Positions 27,874 to 39,456 of a DNA stretch of 42,138 nucleotides are shown here, piece by piece; position 1 is the stretch's first letter; each line of letters begins with the position of its first letter. The notes under the pieces are model-generated. The model was not told the DNA's origin, did no database searches, and saw only the letters and a program-made list of their open reading frames with translations. The stretch comes from an uncultured bacterium (GTDB lineage: Bacteria; CAYJRR01): assembly GCA_964372275.1 (NCBI GenBank), contig CAYJRR010000020.1, positions 1 to 42,138 of the forward strand. The letters are read 5' to 3'. A program made the translations under genes and the position numbers.

Positions 27874-28490
27874 GGCACCGGCACCACGATCGGGATCTGC
27901 TTGGGATTCTCCAGCACGATCGTCAACGGCTTCCCCTTGCGGGTGACGTCGAACGAGATCTTGGCGGGGCTGTCTCCGAGGGCGACGTAGGCCGCGGCGA
28001 TCTCGTCGTGGGTACGGAACGCCATGTCGTTGACGGTGTGGATCACGTCGCCGGTCTCGAATCCGAGCCGGCGCGCGAGTCCCCCCTCCCGGAGTCCCGC
28101 CAGGCGAAAGCCGTCGGGGTTCGAGCCCGGCGACTCCGGATCCAGGTCGACCTCGGCGCCGATGCGGTCGACCCGCGCCAGGATCTCCCGGATCGCGTCG
28201 GCCGGCGCGAAGACGCGGATTCGCCCCCCCTCGACCTTGGGCTTGGAAAGCTTGTCGAGCAGTTCCTCGGGTACCGCTTCCGCGACCTTCGGCGACGGAT
28301 CGCCGGCGTGCGCCCCAACGAACCGTGCCTCGGCCTCCGCGATCCGCGCGCGAAGCGCGGCGATCTCCGCCTCCAGCGCCGGCTGCCGATCGCGCATCCG
28401 CTCCACCTCGCGCCGGACGACCACCAGGCTTCCGACGCTGACCACCAGGGCGAAACCGGAGAGCGCGAAGGCGAGCTGCGAAACCCTCAT
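27870..28490 (-). CDS. Membrane-anchored coiled-coil protein with GspC-type PDZ domain
   Basis: N-terminal TM, coiled coil, then GFRLAGLREGGLARRLGFETGDVIHTVND...FDVTRKGKP; 4-nt overlaps with both neighbours. Confidence 0.7.
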   Translation of the reverse strand: MRVSQLAFALSGFALVVSVGSLVVVRREVERMRDRQPALEAEIAALRARIAEAEARFVGAHAGDPSPKVAEAVPEELLDKLSKPKVEGGRIRVFAPADAIREILARVDRIGAEVDLDPESPGSNPDGFRLAGLREGGLARRLGFETGDVIHTVNDMAFRTHDEIAAAYVALGDSPAKISFDVTRKGKPLTIVLENPKQIPIVVPVP

Positions 28491-29572
28491 GCCGTCATCC
28501 CCCCTTGCGCCTCGCCCCCTTTGAGCGCCTCGGCCTGGTAGTGATTGATCACCGCGGTCAAAAGCTCGTCCAGATCGCCGTCCATCACCTCGGGGAGGCG
28601 ATGGAGCGACAGCTTGATCCGGTGGTCGGTGACGCGGCCTTCGTGGAAGTTGTAGGTGCGGATCCGCTCGCTGCGGTCCCCGGTGCCGACCTGCCCCTTC
28701 CGGTCGCTCGCGATCGCCTGCTCCCGCTCCTCGCGCTCGCGCGCCTTGAGCTTCGTCGCCAGCATCTTCATGGCCGTCGCCCGGTTCTTGTGCTGGCTGC
28801 GCTCCATCTGGCAGGAGACGACGATCCCGCTCGGGAGGTGGGTGATGCGGATCGCCGACTCGGTCTTGTTGACGTGCTGCCCGCCGGCGCCGCCCGAGCG
28901 ATAGGTGTCGACTTTGAGGTCTTCGGTCCGGATGTTGACCTCCTGCTCCTCGACCTCCGGCATCACCGCCACCGTCGCGGTGGAGGTGTGCTTGCGCCCG
29001 GAGGCCTCGGTCTCGGGGACGCGTTGCACGCGGTGGACCCCGCTCTCCCAGCGGAGCTGGCGATAGACGTCGCGGCCGACGATCGTGGCCACCACCTCCT
29101 TGAAACCGCCCCCTTCCGTCTCGTGGCAGTCGACCATCTCCAGCTTCCAGCCCTTCGCCGCGGCGTACTTCGAATACATGCGGAACAGGTCCCCCGCGAA
29201 CAACGCCGCTTCGTCCCCGCCGGTGCCGGCGCGCACCTCGAGGATCACCGTCTTCCCCTCGTACGGGTCTTTGGGGGTGAGCAGCCGCGCCAGCTCCTGC
29301 TCGACCTCCTCCCGCTCGGCGCGGAGCCGCCCGACCTCGTCGTAGGCCAACGCCGCCAGCTCCTTGTCCGGACTCCGCGCCAGCTCTTCGTTCTCGGCCA
29401 GCTCGCGCGCGAGCTTCTCGTGCCGGCGGAACGCCTCGACGATCGGCGCCAGGTCGTTGTGCTCCTTGGCGGTGCGCGCGAACTCCTCCCGGTTCGCGAC
29501 CAGGTCGGGGGAGGCCAGGCGCGCCGACAGCTCCTCGTACTTCTTGGCGATCGCTTGCAGGCGGTCTTGCAC
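28487..29572 (-). CDS. prfA: Peptide chain release factor 1
   Basis: EVRAGTGGDEAALFA, GVHRVQRVPETE (PxT motif), GGQHVNKTES, DRSERIRTYN; GTG start at 29572. Confidence 0.97.
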   Translation of the reverse strand: MQDRLQAIAKKYEELSARLASPDLVANREEFARTAKEHNDLAPIVEAFRRHEKLARELAENEELARSPDKELAALAYDEVGRLRAEREEVEQELARLLTPKDPYEGKTVILEVRAGTGGDEAALFAGDLFRMYSKYAAAKGWKLEMVDCHETEGGGFKEVVATIVGRDVYRQLRWESGVHRVQRVPETEASGRKHTSTATVAVMPEVEEQEVNIRTEDLKVDTYRSGGAGGQHVNKTESAIRITHLPSGIVVSCQMERSQHKNRATAMKMLATKLKAREREEREQAIASDRKGQVGTGDRSERIRTYNFHEGRVTDHRIKLSLHRLPEVMDGDLDELLTAVINHYQAEALKGGEAQGGMTA

Positions 29573-29580
29573 GGGGGCCC

Positions 29581-30642
29581 CTAGAGCATCGCCTTCTCGG
29601 CGACGACCGGTCCCCCGGCGATCCGCTCCTCGCGCGCGAGCGCCCCCTTCAGCGCCGCCAGCGACACCTCGATCTGCGGTCCGTCCGGCTCGCGCGTCGT
29701 GAGCCGTTGCAGGACCATCATCGGCTCGTAGAGCTGCCTCCAGCCGGGCCGCTCGGCGCACCGCCCGGCCCAACGAATGATCTCGTAGCTGATGCCGGCC
29801 ACCGGCAGCATCAGCGGGATCTTGATCGCGACGAAGACCAGGTTGCGAACCAGCTTGGGCAGCCCCGCCAGCGCGGGGAGGAGCGGAAAGATCGCGGCGA
29901 ACAGGGCGATCGAGACCAGGATCACGAACAGGAGGAAGGTCGTCCCGCAACGCGGATGCAGCCTCGGCCATTTGCGGGTGTGCTCGACGTCGAGCGGCTC
30001 GCCGTGCTCGAAGACGTGGATGCTCTTGTGCTCCGCGCCGTGGTACTGGAACACGCGCTGGATGTCGTTCATCCGCGAGATAAGCAGGATGTAGCCGACG
30101 AAGATCGCCACCTTGATCGCGCCGTCCACCAGGTGGAACGAGGACGAGGCGACGTCGGCCGAGATCCCGAGCCAGGGGTTCAGGTAGGCCGTGATCAGGT
30201 GGGGCACGACGACGAACAGGCCGATCCCGGCCGCGAAGGCGAACGCCATCGTTCCGGCCAGCGCCCAGCCGTGGAGCGTCGGCGTCCCCTCGCCCTCCGG
30301 CGACGGTCCGGACGGGCTGCCGCCATCGCCGGACGCCGGCGACTCGATGGACGCCTGCTCCGCCGACCAGGAGAGCGCCTGGTACCCGTTCGCCAACGTC
30401 TCGAACAGGAGCACCATGCCGCGCAGCAACGGCCAGCGGAAGAACGGAAGCCTCTCCCCGATCGAGTGCCAGTCCTGCTCCTTGACGACGATCTTTCCGT
30501 CGGGCCGGCGGCAGGCGATCGCCATCGCCCGCGGACTGCGCATCAGCACCCCCTCGATCACCGCTTGACCGCCGACGGCGCACTTCGCCGCCGCCAGCAA
30601 CCCCAGCTGGATCGAGAGACGGAGCGGGCCTACGCGTCGCAT
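29581..30642 (-). CDS. DUF1385 (YqhQ-like) membrane protein
   Basis: VGGQAVIEGVLMR, FQYHGAEHK, HPRCGTTF, LQRLTTREPD; typical position between rpmE and prfA. Confidence 0.92.
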   Translation of the reverse strand: MRRVGPLRLSIQLGLLAAAKCAVGGQAVIEGVLMRSPRAMAIACRRPDGKIVVKEQDWHSIGERLPFFRWPLLRGMVLLFETLANGYQALSWSAEQASIESPASGDGGSPSGPSPEGEGTPTLHGWALAGTMAFAFAAGIGLFVVVPHLITAYLNPWLGISADVASSSFHLVDGAIKVAIFVGYILLISRMNDIQRVFQYHGAEHKSIHVFEHGEPLDVEHTRKWPRLHPRCGTTFLLFVILVSIALFAAIFPLLPALAGLPKLVRNLVFVAIKIPLMLPVAGISYEIIRWAGRCAERPGWRQLYEPMMVLQRLTTREPDGPQIEVSLAALKGALAREERIAGGPVVAEKAML

Positions 30643-30688
30643 GCGAGATCTTCGGCAGCCACGACCGCGGCCGCCGACGGCGGTGCCC

Positions 30689-30937
30689 CTAGACGTTCGT
30701 CTTCTTCAGGGCCGCCGCCTTCGACTCCTTCGCGGTCGCGACCCCCTTGAACTTGGTGTTGAACTTCTCGACGCGGCCGGCGGTGTCGATCAGCTTCTGT
30801 TTTCCGGTGAAGAACGGATGGCAGGCCGAACAGATGTCGACCGTGATCTTCTTCAGCGTCGAGCCGGAGTCGATCTCGTTGCCACAGGCGCAGCGGATCT
30901 TGATCTCGTGGTAGTCGGGGTGGATTCCGGGCTTCAT
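30689..30937 (-). CDS. rpmE: 50S ribosomal protein L31 (Zn-binding type)
   Basis: [42 protein letters not shown]. Confidence 0.97.
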   Translation of the reverse strand: MKPGIHPDYHEIKIRCACGNEIDSGSTLKKITVDICSACHPFFTGKQKLIDTAGRVEKFNTKFKGVATAKESKAAALKKTNV

Positions 30938-31100
30938 CGATCGTCTCCTACGGATGGCGCCGGTCGTTCCGCCGGTTGGCATCCGGCGGCGGCGTACGTC
31001 GGTTTCGGGAAACGGGGAAGATAGCGGACTGCCGGCGGTTCGGCAACGAGAACCGCCGCGCCGGAGCGCCCCGCGGCGTCTCCGGGCGCCGCGAAGAAGA

Positions 31101-32529
31101 TCAGCCTTTCCGGGCAGTTCCGATGGGCGTTGCCGCCGCACGCCCGGCGCGGTCGGCCGCGCTCAATGCCCCCTGCGAGTTGTCGAGGGAAAGCGCCCCG
31201 TCGGCCGGAGCGGGGTCGGTGACCGTGAGCTGACCCGCCTCGGCCCCACTCGCGCGCGACTGGATCGCGGCGACGGCGGCGGCGGCGGCCCCCTTGAGCT
31301 CGCCGGGGAGGAGCCCCTCGGTGAGCGGCGTAAGCTTCGGCACCGCCGCCACCGTCCCGATCCGCCCGAGCCCGCGCGCGGCGGCGGCGCGCGCGGCGCT
31401 GCGCGGCTGGTCGAGCAGCGCCAGGAGCGCCGTCTCGCCGGCCGGATCGCCGATCTCGGCCAGCGCCTCGGCGATCGCGATCTGCTCCTCCTCGTCGAGC
31501 AGGTCGTCCCGCCGCGCCAGACGATCGAGGCGCACCAGCGTCCCGCGCAGGCGATGGGCCCCCGCCCGACGGATCGCCGCGGTCCGCACACTCGCATGCG
31601 AATCATGGAGCAGCCGCTCGACCAGCCGCGGCAGGCGGCGAAGATGCCGCTCGCCGATTGCGGTGAGCGCCGCAATGCGCACCCCTTCCTCCACTCTTCG
31701 GTCGACGGCGATCGCCTCGATCGTCTCGGCCCCCGACGCGCCGAGGAACGTCGCGGCGTGAAGCCGCAGGGCCGGATCCGGATCGGCGAGGACCGATTCG
31801 GCGATCGCCGTCCGTTCGTCCTCGCCACGCGCGAAACGGAGGCGCTGGTCGAAACAGGCGCGGCGCACCGCCGGCTCCCGGTCGAAGACCATGATCTTCT
31901 CGAGGAGCGCTCCCTCCGGCGTCCGGTACGCGCGCCGGAGCTCGGCCGCCAGCTCCACCGCCATCCGCGCGGCGGGCCCCAANNNNNNNNNNCAACTCCT
32001 TCGCCACCCCGACCCCCTGCAGGCGGAAGCGAACCTCCCCGTCCTCGACCCAGCCCCCCGCCTCCACCACCGCGAGCAAGAGCTCCCGCACGCGCTCGTC
32101 GAGCATCGAACGCGGCGCGCCGTGGATCCGCACGCGACGGTCGAACGTGTCGTCTCCGGTCTGCAGCTCCGGGCTTCCGAGGGCCTTCCCGAGCCGCGCC
32201 GCAATCCCCTCCCCGTGGAAGGCGAGCCCCTTCACCATCGGGCCCGCGGCGAACACCTCGATCCGATCGGCGCGGCCAACGCTCGCGGCGGTGATACGGA
32301 CGGTCGCCCCTTCGTGCGATCGCCCCTCGACCTTCGACGCCCGGAGGAGTCCGCCCGGCACGAACGTCAGACCCAACGAACGGGCGGCGTTCTCGAGCGC
32401 ATCCCGGGTTTCGGCCGTCGGACGCCTCGTCTCGCCGGGGATGCCGGCGAGCGCCAGACGCGCCAACACCAGCATCGCTCCGGCAGCGAAGACGAGCTCG
32501 ACCACCTCCGGCACGTCGAACGCTCCCAC
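31101..32529 (-). CDS. Membrane-anchored HEAT-repeat protein spanning an assembly gap
   Basis: N-terminal TM and [17 protein letters not shown] in one frame; after the gap HEAT repeats ([34 protein letters not shown]) and a GQLT..GALSL tail; caa flanks both sides of the gap. Confidence 0.75.
31983..31992. other. Assembly gap
   Basis: N run. Confidence 0.95.
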
Positions 32530-32569
32530 CGCCGCGATCGTACACCCTGGCGATGTAGGATCGCGGTCG

Positions 32570-34270
32570 ATGTCGTTCTGGTCGCTCGACCTCGGAAACA
32601 CCAACACCGGGGTCGCGCGCTGGGATCCGGTGGAGGCGCGGCCGGTTCCGCTCGAGCTCCCGGAGATCTGCCGGAAGGCGGGGGAGCTCGATCCCCTGGA
32701 GACGCCACGGCTGGTTCCGTCGGCGACGCTCCTGCTCGAACGGCGGACCCTCTCGAGCCGGTTGGGGGCGCGCCCCTTCTTCGCCCGGCGGTTCTTCCTC
32801 GGTCGCCAGGCGCACATCGGGCGCACCGCGCTGGAGATGAGCGAGGTGCGCGCCACGCCGGCGTTCGTTCCGAACTTCAAGATGTCGCTCGAGCGCGAGC
32901 CGTTAAAACCGCTCGCCCGCGTGCGGAGCCGCTCCTTCGGCGCGCGCGACGTGGCGCGCGCCTTCCTGCGGGAGCTGTTCGCCGAGGTGAAGCGCGTGAC
33001 CGGCGAGCGGATCCGCGATCTGGTCGTCACCGCGCCGGTCGAGGCCTACGAGTCGTACCGCGCCGAGCTCGCCGCGATCGGCCGCTACCTCGGGGTCGGA
33101 CGGCTGCGATTCCTCGACGAGCCGGTGGCGGCCGCGCTCGGCTACGGCCTCGGCATCGATCGCCACCGCCGGGTGCTGGTGATCGACGTCGGCGGCGGCA
33201 CGATGCACGCGGCCCTGGTGCGCCTCACGCCGAAGGGGCTCGAGAGCGGAAACTGCGAGGTGCTCGGGAAGGAGGGGCGGGCGGTCGGCGGAAACCTCGT
33301 CGACCGCTGGATCCTGCGCGAGCTCGCCCGCCGCCTCGACTACCCGCTCTCGGAGGAGGTCCTGGACGACGGCCAGGCCTACTGGTTCCACCAGATGGTG
33401 AGCGAGGCGCGCCGGGTGAAGGAGGCGGTCTTCTTCCGCGACCGTGACACCTTCCGCCTCACCCCCCCCGACGACCCGAAGAGCCTGCGCGCTCGCCTTC
33501 ACGGCGCGCCGCAGAGCCTGGAGGTCACCCGTGCCGACGTGGTGTCGATCCTGGAGTCGAACGGCTTCTACCGCTACCTGCGCGAGAGCCTCGACGGCGT
33601 GGTGGAGCAGGCGCGCGCGCGCGGCGATGCGGAGGTCGACGACGTGCTGATGGTCGGCGGCTCCTCGCTCCTCCCCGACGTCTACGGCCTGGTCGAGGAG
33701 CGCTTCGGCCGGGACCGGGTCCGCGCCTGGCAGCCGTTCGAGGCGGTCGTCTTCGGCGCCTGCGCCTTTGCCGCCGGCGCCTTCGGACAGACCGACTTCA
33801 TCGTCCACGAATACGCTTTCGTGACCCACGACCCGAAGACGCACGAGCCGCAGTACACGACGATCGTCCCCCGCGGCACGCGGTTCCCGACCGGCGGCGA
33901 TCTGTGGCGCAGGCAGCTCGTTCCGACCTGCTCCCTCGGCGTCCCCGAGACGATCTTCAAGCTCATGATCTGCGAGATCGGAGAGAGCGCGAAGGGGGAC
34001 CGCCGCTTCGCCTGGGACGGCCACGGCAACCTGCACAAGCTCGGCGGGCGGCAGGCCGGCAGCCGCGGCGACGAGCGGCTGATCGTCCCCTTGAACGCCT
34101 CGAACCCGACGCTGGGCACGCTTCGACCGCCGCACCCGCCGAACGACCGCGCGCCGCGGCTGGAGATCGCCTTCGAGGTCGACGGTGACCGTTGGCTCTG
34201 CGCCACCGTCGACGATCTCAAGACCGGCCGGTCGCTCATGCGAAAGCAGCCGGTCGTTCGACTCCTCTGA
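32570..34270 (+). CDS. Atypical Hsp70-family ATPase (not canonical DnaK)
   Basis: LDLGNTNT, DEPVAAALGYG, VIDVGGGT, VLMVGGSS; divergent short C-terminal domain with no DnaK lid. Confidence 0.85.
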   Translation: MSFWSLDLGNTNTGVARWDPVEARPVPLELPEICRKAGELDPLETPRLVPSATLLLERRTLSSRLGARPFFARRFFLGRQAHIGRTALEMSEVRATPAFVPNFKMSLEREPLKPLARVRSRSFGARDVARAFLRELFAEVKRVTGERIRDLVVTAPVEAYESYRAELAAIGRYLGVGRLRFLDEPVAAALGYGLGIDRHRRVLVIDVGGGTMHAALVRLTPKGLESGNCEVLGKEGRAVGGNLVDRWILRELARRLDYPLSEEVLDDGQAYWFHQMVSEARRVKEAVFFRDRDTFRLTPPDDPKSLRARLHGAPQSLEVTRADVVSILESNGFYRYLRESLDGVVEQARARGDAEVDDVLMVGGSSLLPDVYGLVEERFGRDRVRAWQPFEAVVFGACAFAAGAFGQTDFIVHEYAFVTHDPKTHEPQYTTIVPRGTRFPTGGDLWRRQLVPTCSLGVPETIFKLMICEIGESAKGDRRFAWDGHGNLHKLGGRQAGSRGDERLIVPLNASNPTLGTLRPPHPPNDRAPRLEIAFEVDGDRWLCATVDDLKTGRSLMRKQPVVRLL

Positions 34271-34414
34271 CGCCCCGCCGATGTCCCGGGCGCGACCGAC
34301 CGATCGCAAGCGCCGCCGAGGCGCGATTCCTACGCCGGGGACAACCCCGCCCCAGGTGTAGGAAATTCGACACGCCCACGGTTGCCACGTCGCGTCATTC
34401 CAGCCGGTTACGTT

Positions 34415-34430
34415 CGGAATGAAGGTTGCT
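34415..34430 (+). promoter_or_regulatory. Candidate sigma54 promoter with upstream inverted repeat (34327-34364)
   Basis: CGGAATGAAGGTTGCT, GG-N10-GC with a consensus TTGCT; ttcctacgcc...ggtgtaggaa palindrome upstream. Confidence 0.45.
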
Positions 34431-34468
34431 TCAAGCGGCGCCCACCCCGAACCACGGAGGCCGCCCCC

Positions 34469-35386
34469 ATGAAGCGCATCGTTCTCTCCCTCATCACCTG
34501 TCTCGCCTCGGCAAGCGCCGGCGCCACCTCGCTCCACCCCGACACCTTCGCCGCCCCGGCGACCTTCTCCGGCCGCGTGGTCGTCGAGAAGCGGATGTGC
34601 GTCACCACTCCCTGCTACAACGGCGTCTACCTCGTTCCGAACGGCAGCGACAACCGCCTGCCGATCGACGGCCCGTTCCGCGCCGACCTCGAGGCGTTCG
34701 ACGGCCAGCTCGTCACTGCCAAGGGGATGAACCGGATCGGCGGATTCAAGGTCGAGGAGTTCGCCCCCGGAAAGTCGCCGTCGTTCATCACCGGAAAGGT
34801 CGTCGACGTGACGAACTGCCCGCCGAACGCGTTCTGCGCCCCGAAGATGGCGATCGAGACCGCCGGCGGCGTGACCTACGACGTGGCCGACGACGCGATG
34901 GCGATGAATCTCGCCGGCCTGGTCGGCGCGACCGTCACGCTGCGCGGCGAGTACAAGAACCAACCGCTCGGACCGATGCTCCCGGCCTTCAAGACCGTCT
35001 TCCAGCCCAACAAGAAGGCGAACGTGATGGTCCGCGGCAAGCTCTCGCCACTGTTCCACATCATGGCCGGCGGCGTTCAACCGATGATCTATCTCCCCGG
35101 CCACGAGTGGCCGCGCTACGGCCTCGACTTCGGAAACGGGACGCTGCCGGTGTACTCCTCGAAGAACTGGTGGAACCGCAACGAGATGACGGTGTGGGTC
35201 TCCGGCACGTTCGACGGCGGGAAGTTCCGCTCGAAGAAGGCGAGCCGCGGATTCGCCGAGGAGCTCCCCTGGATGCCGACGCCGCTGGCGACCGAGGGCT
35301 CGAACGTCGCCCGGGGCGACGCGACGACGGGGATCCCGCAGAGCGGGGCCGCCTCGGCGGCGACCGGCGGCGGCCAGCGCCGCTGA
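34469..35386 (+). CDS. Secreted hypothetical protein with repeated small beta domains and Cys pairs
   Basis: GGAGG SD; signal peptide MKRIVLSLITCLASASAGA; CVTTPC and CPPNAFC motifs. Confidence 0.8.
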   Translation: MKRIVLSLITCLASASAGATSLHPDTFAAPATFSGRVVVEKRMCVTTPCYNGVYLVPNGSDNRLPIDGPFRADLEAFDGQLVTAKGMNRIGGFKVEEFAPGKSPSFITGKVVDVTNCPPNAFCAPKMAIETAGGVTYDVADDAMAMNLAGLVGATVTLRGEYKNQPLGPMLPAFKTVFQPNKKANVMVRGKLSPLFHIMAGGVQPMIYLPGHEWPRYGLDFGNGTLPVYSSKNWWNRNEMTVWVSGTFDGGKFRSKKASRGFAEELPWMPTPLATEGSNVARGDATTGIPQSGAASAATGGGQRR

Positions 35387-35428
35387 GTCCCCGCGCCATC
35401 GTCGGAGAGAGTCTCGGATGAAACGAGG

Positions 35429-35451
35429 GAGGCGGGCGGTGACGCCCGCCT

Positions 35452-35452
<1 letters not shown>
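35429..35452. terminator. Hairpin at the 3' end of rho, between convergent genes
   Basis: gaggcgggcg-gtga-cgcccgcctc, perfect 10-bp stem; no adjacent U-tract. Confidence 0.55.
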
Positions 35453-37653
<2,201 letters not shown>

Positions 37654-37874
37654 CGATTGTCCTTGGGGATGACGTCCGGCGAGCGCTCGCCGGGGCCCGA
37701 ATCCACGGGTCCATCACCGCGTGAATCGGAGGTGTGCGGCGCGAAACGTAGGACGCGCATCCCACCGGGTCAAGTGGAAATCGGGTCGGTTCGCCCGTCG
37801 GGCCCGTTCGGGACCTCCCGAACGCCCGGTTTCCGGTCCGGCCGCGAGGTCCTTGAAGGCGCTCGTCCCCCTTC

Positions 37875-37883
37875 TGTTATAAG
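37875..37883 (+). promoter_or_regulatory. Extended -10-like element TGtTATAAG upstream of pccB
   Basis: AT-rich motif 6 nt before GTG 37890; TTGAAG at 37853-37858; no SD. Confidence 0.45.
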
Positions 37884-37889
37884 ACCGCC

Positions 37890-39446
37890 GTGAGCTCCGC
37901 CTACGACAAGAAGCTCGAGGAGCTGGAACGCCGCCACCGCGAAGCGGAGGCGGGGGGTGGCAAGGCCCGCATCGAGAAGCAGCACGAAGCGGGGAAGCTC
38001 ACCGCCCGTGAGCGCCTGGAGATCCTCCTCGATCCCGGTTCGTTCTCCGAGATCGACAAGTTCGTGACGCACCGCTGCGCCGACTTCGGGATGGCGAATC
38101 AGAAGGTGCTCGGGGACGGCGTCGTCACCGGGTGGGGAACGATCGACGGGCGTCTGGTCTGCGTCTTCGCGCAGGACTTCACCGTCTTCGGCGGCTCGCT
38201 TTCCGGCGCCTACGGCCGAAAGATCTGCAAGGTGATGGACCACGCGATGAAGGTGGGCGCGCCGGTCATCGGCCTGAACGACTCCGGCGGGGCGCGGATC
38301 CAGGAAGGGGTGGAATCGCTGGCGAGCTACGCCGAGATCTTCCTCCGCAACGTCACCGCCTCGGGAGTCGTCCCCCAGATCTCGGCGATCCTCGGTCCCT
38401 GCGCCGGCGGGGCCGTCTACAGCCCGGCGATCACCGACTTCATCGTGATGACCGAGAAAACCTCCTACATGTTCGTCACCGGACCGGACGTGATCAAGAC
38501 GGTCACGCACGAGGAGGTGACCAAGGAGAAGCTCGGCGGCGCCGTCACCCACAACGCCAAGAGCGGCGTCGCACACCTGATGGCGCCGGACGAGACGGCG
38601 ACGCTGAACCTCGTCCGCGAGCTGGTCTCCTACCTCCCCTCGAACAACCACTCCACGGCGCCGACTCGCGCCACCACCGACGACCCGTTCCGACTGGAGC
38701 ACAAGCTGCGGCGTCTGGTCCCCGACGAGCCGAACAAGCCTTACGACATGAAGGAGATCGTGCGGCTGGTGGCCGACGACGGAGTCTTCTTCGAGATCCA
38801 GGAGCACTTCGCCAAGAACATCCTCTGCGGCTTCGTGCGGCTGAACGGGAAGAGCGTCGGCGTCGTCGCCAACCAGCCGGCGGTGCTGGCCGGGGTCCTC
38901 GACATCGACGCGTCGGTGAAGGCGGCGCGATTCGACCGCTTCTGCGACGCCTTCAACCTCCCGCTTCTCACCTTCGTCGACGTGCCCGGCTTCCTTCCCG
39001 GCACGGCGCAGGAGTTCGGCGGGATCATCAAGCACGGGGCGAAGCTCCTCTACGCGTTTGCCGAAGCGACCGTCCCCAAGGTCACGATCATCACCCGCAA
39101 GGCCTACGGCGGGGCCTACGACGTGATGAGCTCCAAACACATCCGCGGCGACGTGAACTACGCCTATCCGACCGCCGAGGTGGCGGTGATGGGTCCCGAC
39201 GGCGCGGTGAGCATCATCTTCCGGAAGGAGTTGGAGCAGGCGGCCGACCCGGAGGCGGAGAAGCGGCGGCTGGTCGCCGACTACCGGGAGAAGTTCGCAA
39301 ACCCCTACCACGCCGCCTCGCTCGGCTACGTCGACGAGGTGATCCGTCCCGAAGAGACCCGGGTCAAGGCGATCCAGGCGTTCGAGATGCTCCAGAACAA
39401 GCGCGACACCAACCCCCCGCGCAAGCACGGCAACATCCCCCTGTAG
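37890..39446 (+). CDS. pccB: Acyl-CoA (propionyl-CoA) carboxylase, carboxyltransferase subunit
   Basis: [65 protein letters not shown]. Confidence 0.95.
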   Translation: MSSAYDKKLEELERRHREAEAGGGKARIEKQHEAGKLTARERLEILLDPGSFSEIDKFVTHRCADFGMANQKVLGDGVVTGWGTIDGRLVCVFAQDFTVFGGSLSGAYGRKICKVMDHAMKVGAPVIGLNDSGGARIQEGVESLASYAEIFLRNVTASGVVPQISAILGPCAGGAVYSPAITDFIVMTEKTSYMFVTGPDVIKTVTHEEVTKEKLGGAVTHNAKSGVAHLMAPDETATLNLVRELVSYLPSNNHSTAPTRATTDDPFRLEHKLRRLVPDEPNKPYDMKEIVRLVADDGVFFEIQEHFAKNILCGFVRLNGKSVGVVANQPAVLAGVLDIDASVKAARFDRFCDAFNLPLLTFVDVPGFLPGTAQEFGGIIKHGAKLLYAFAEATVPKVTIITRKAYGGAYDVMSSKHIRGDVNYAYPTAEVAVMGPDGAVSIIFRKELEQAADPEAEKRRLVADYREKFANPYHAASLGYVDEVIRPEETRVKAIQAFEMLQNKRDTNPPRKHGNIPL

Positions 39447-39456
39447 AGGCGGTCTC

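Noticed and set aside
3198-31992. Frameshifts or pseudogenes in the membrane protein (gap at 3198) and HEAT protein (gap at 31983)
   Set aside because: Both coincide with fixed 10-N gaps flanked by short duplicated bases, so they are scaffolding artefacts.
35383-35430. Possible hammerhead ribozyme (ctga...gaaac)
   Set aside because: The CUGANGA core is absent and the stems do not fit.
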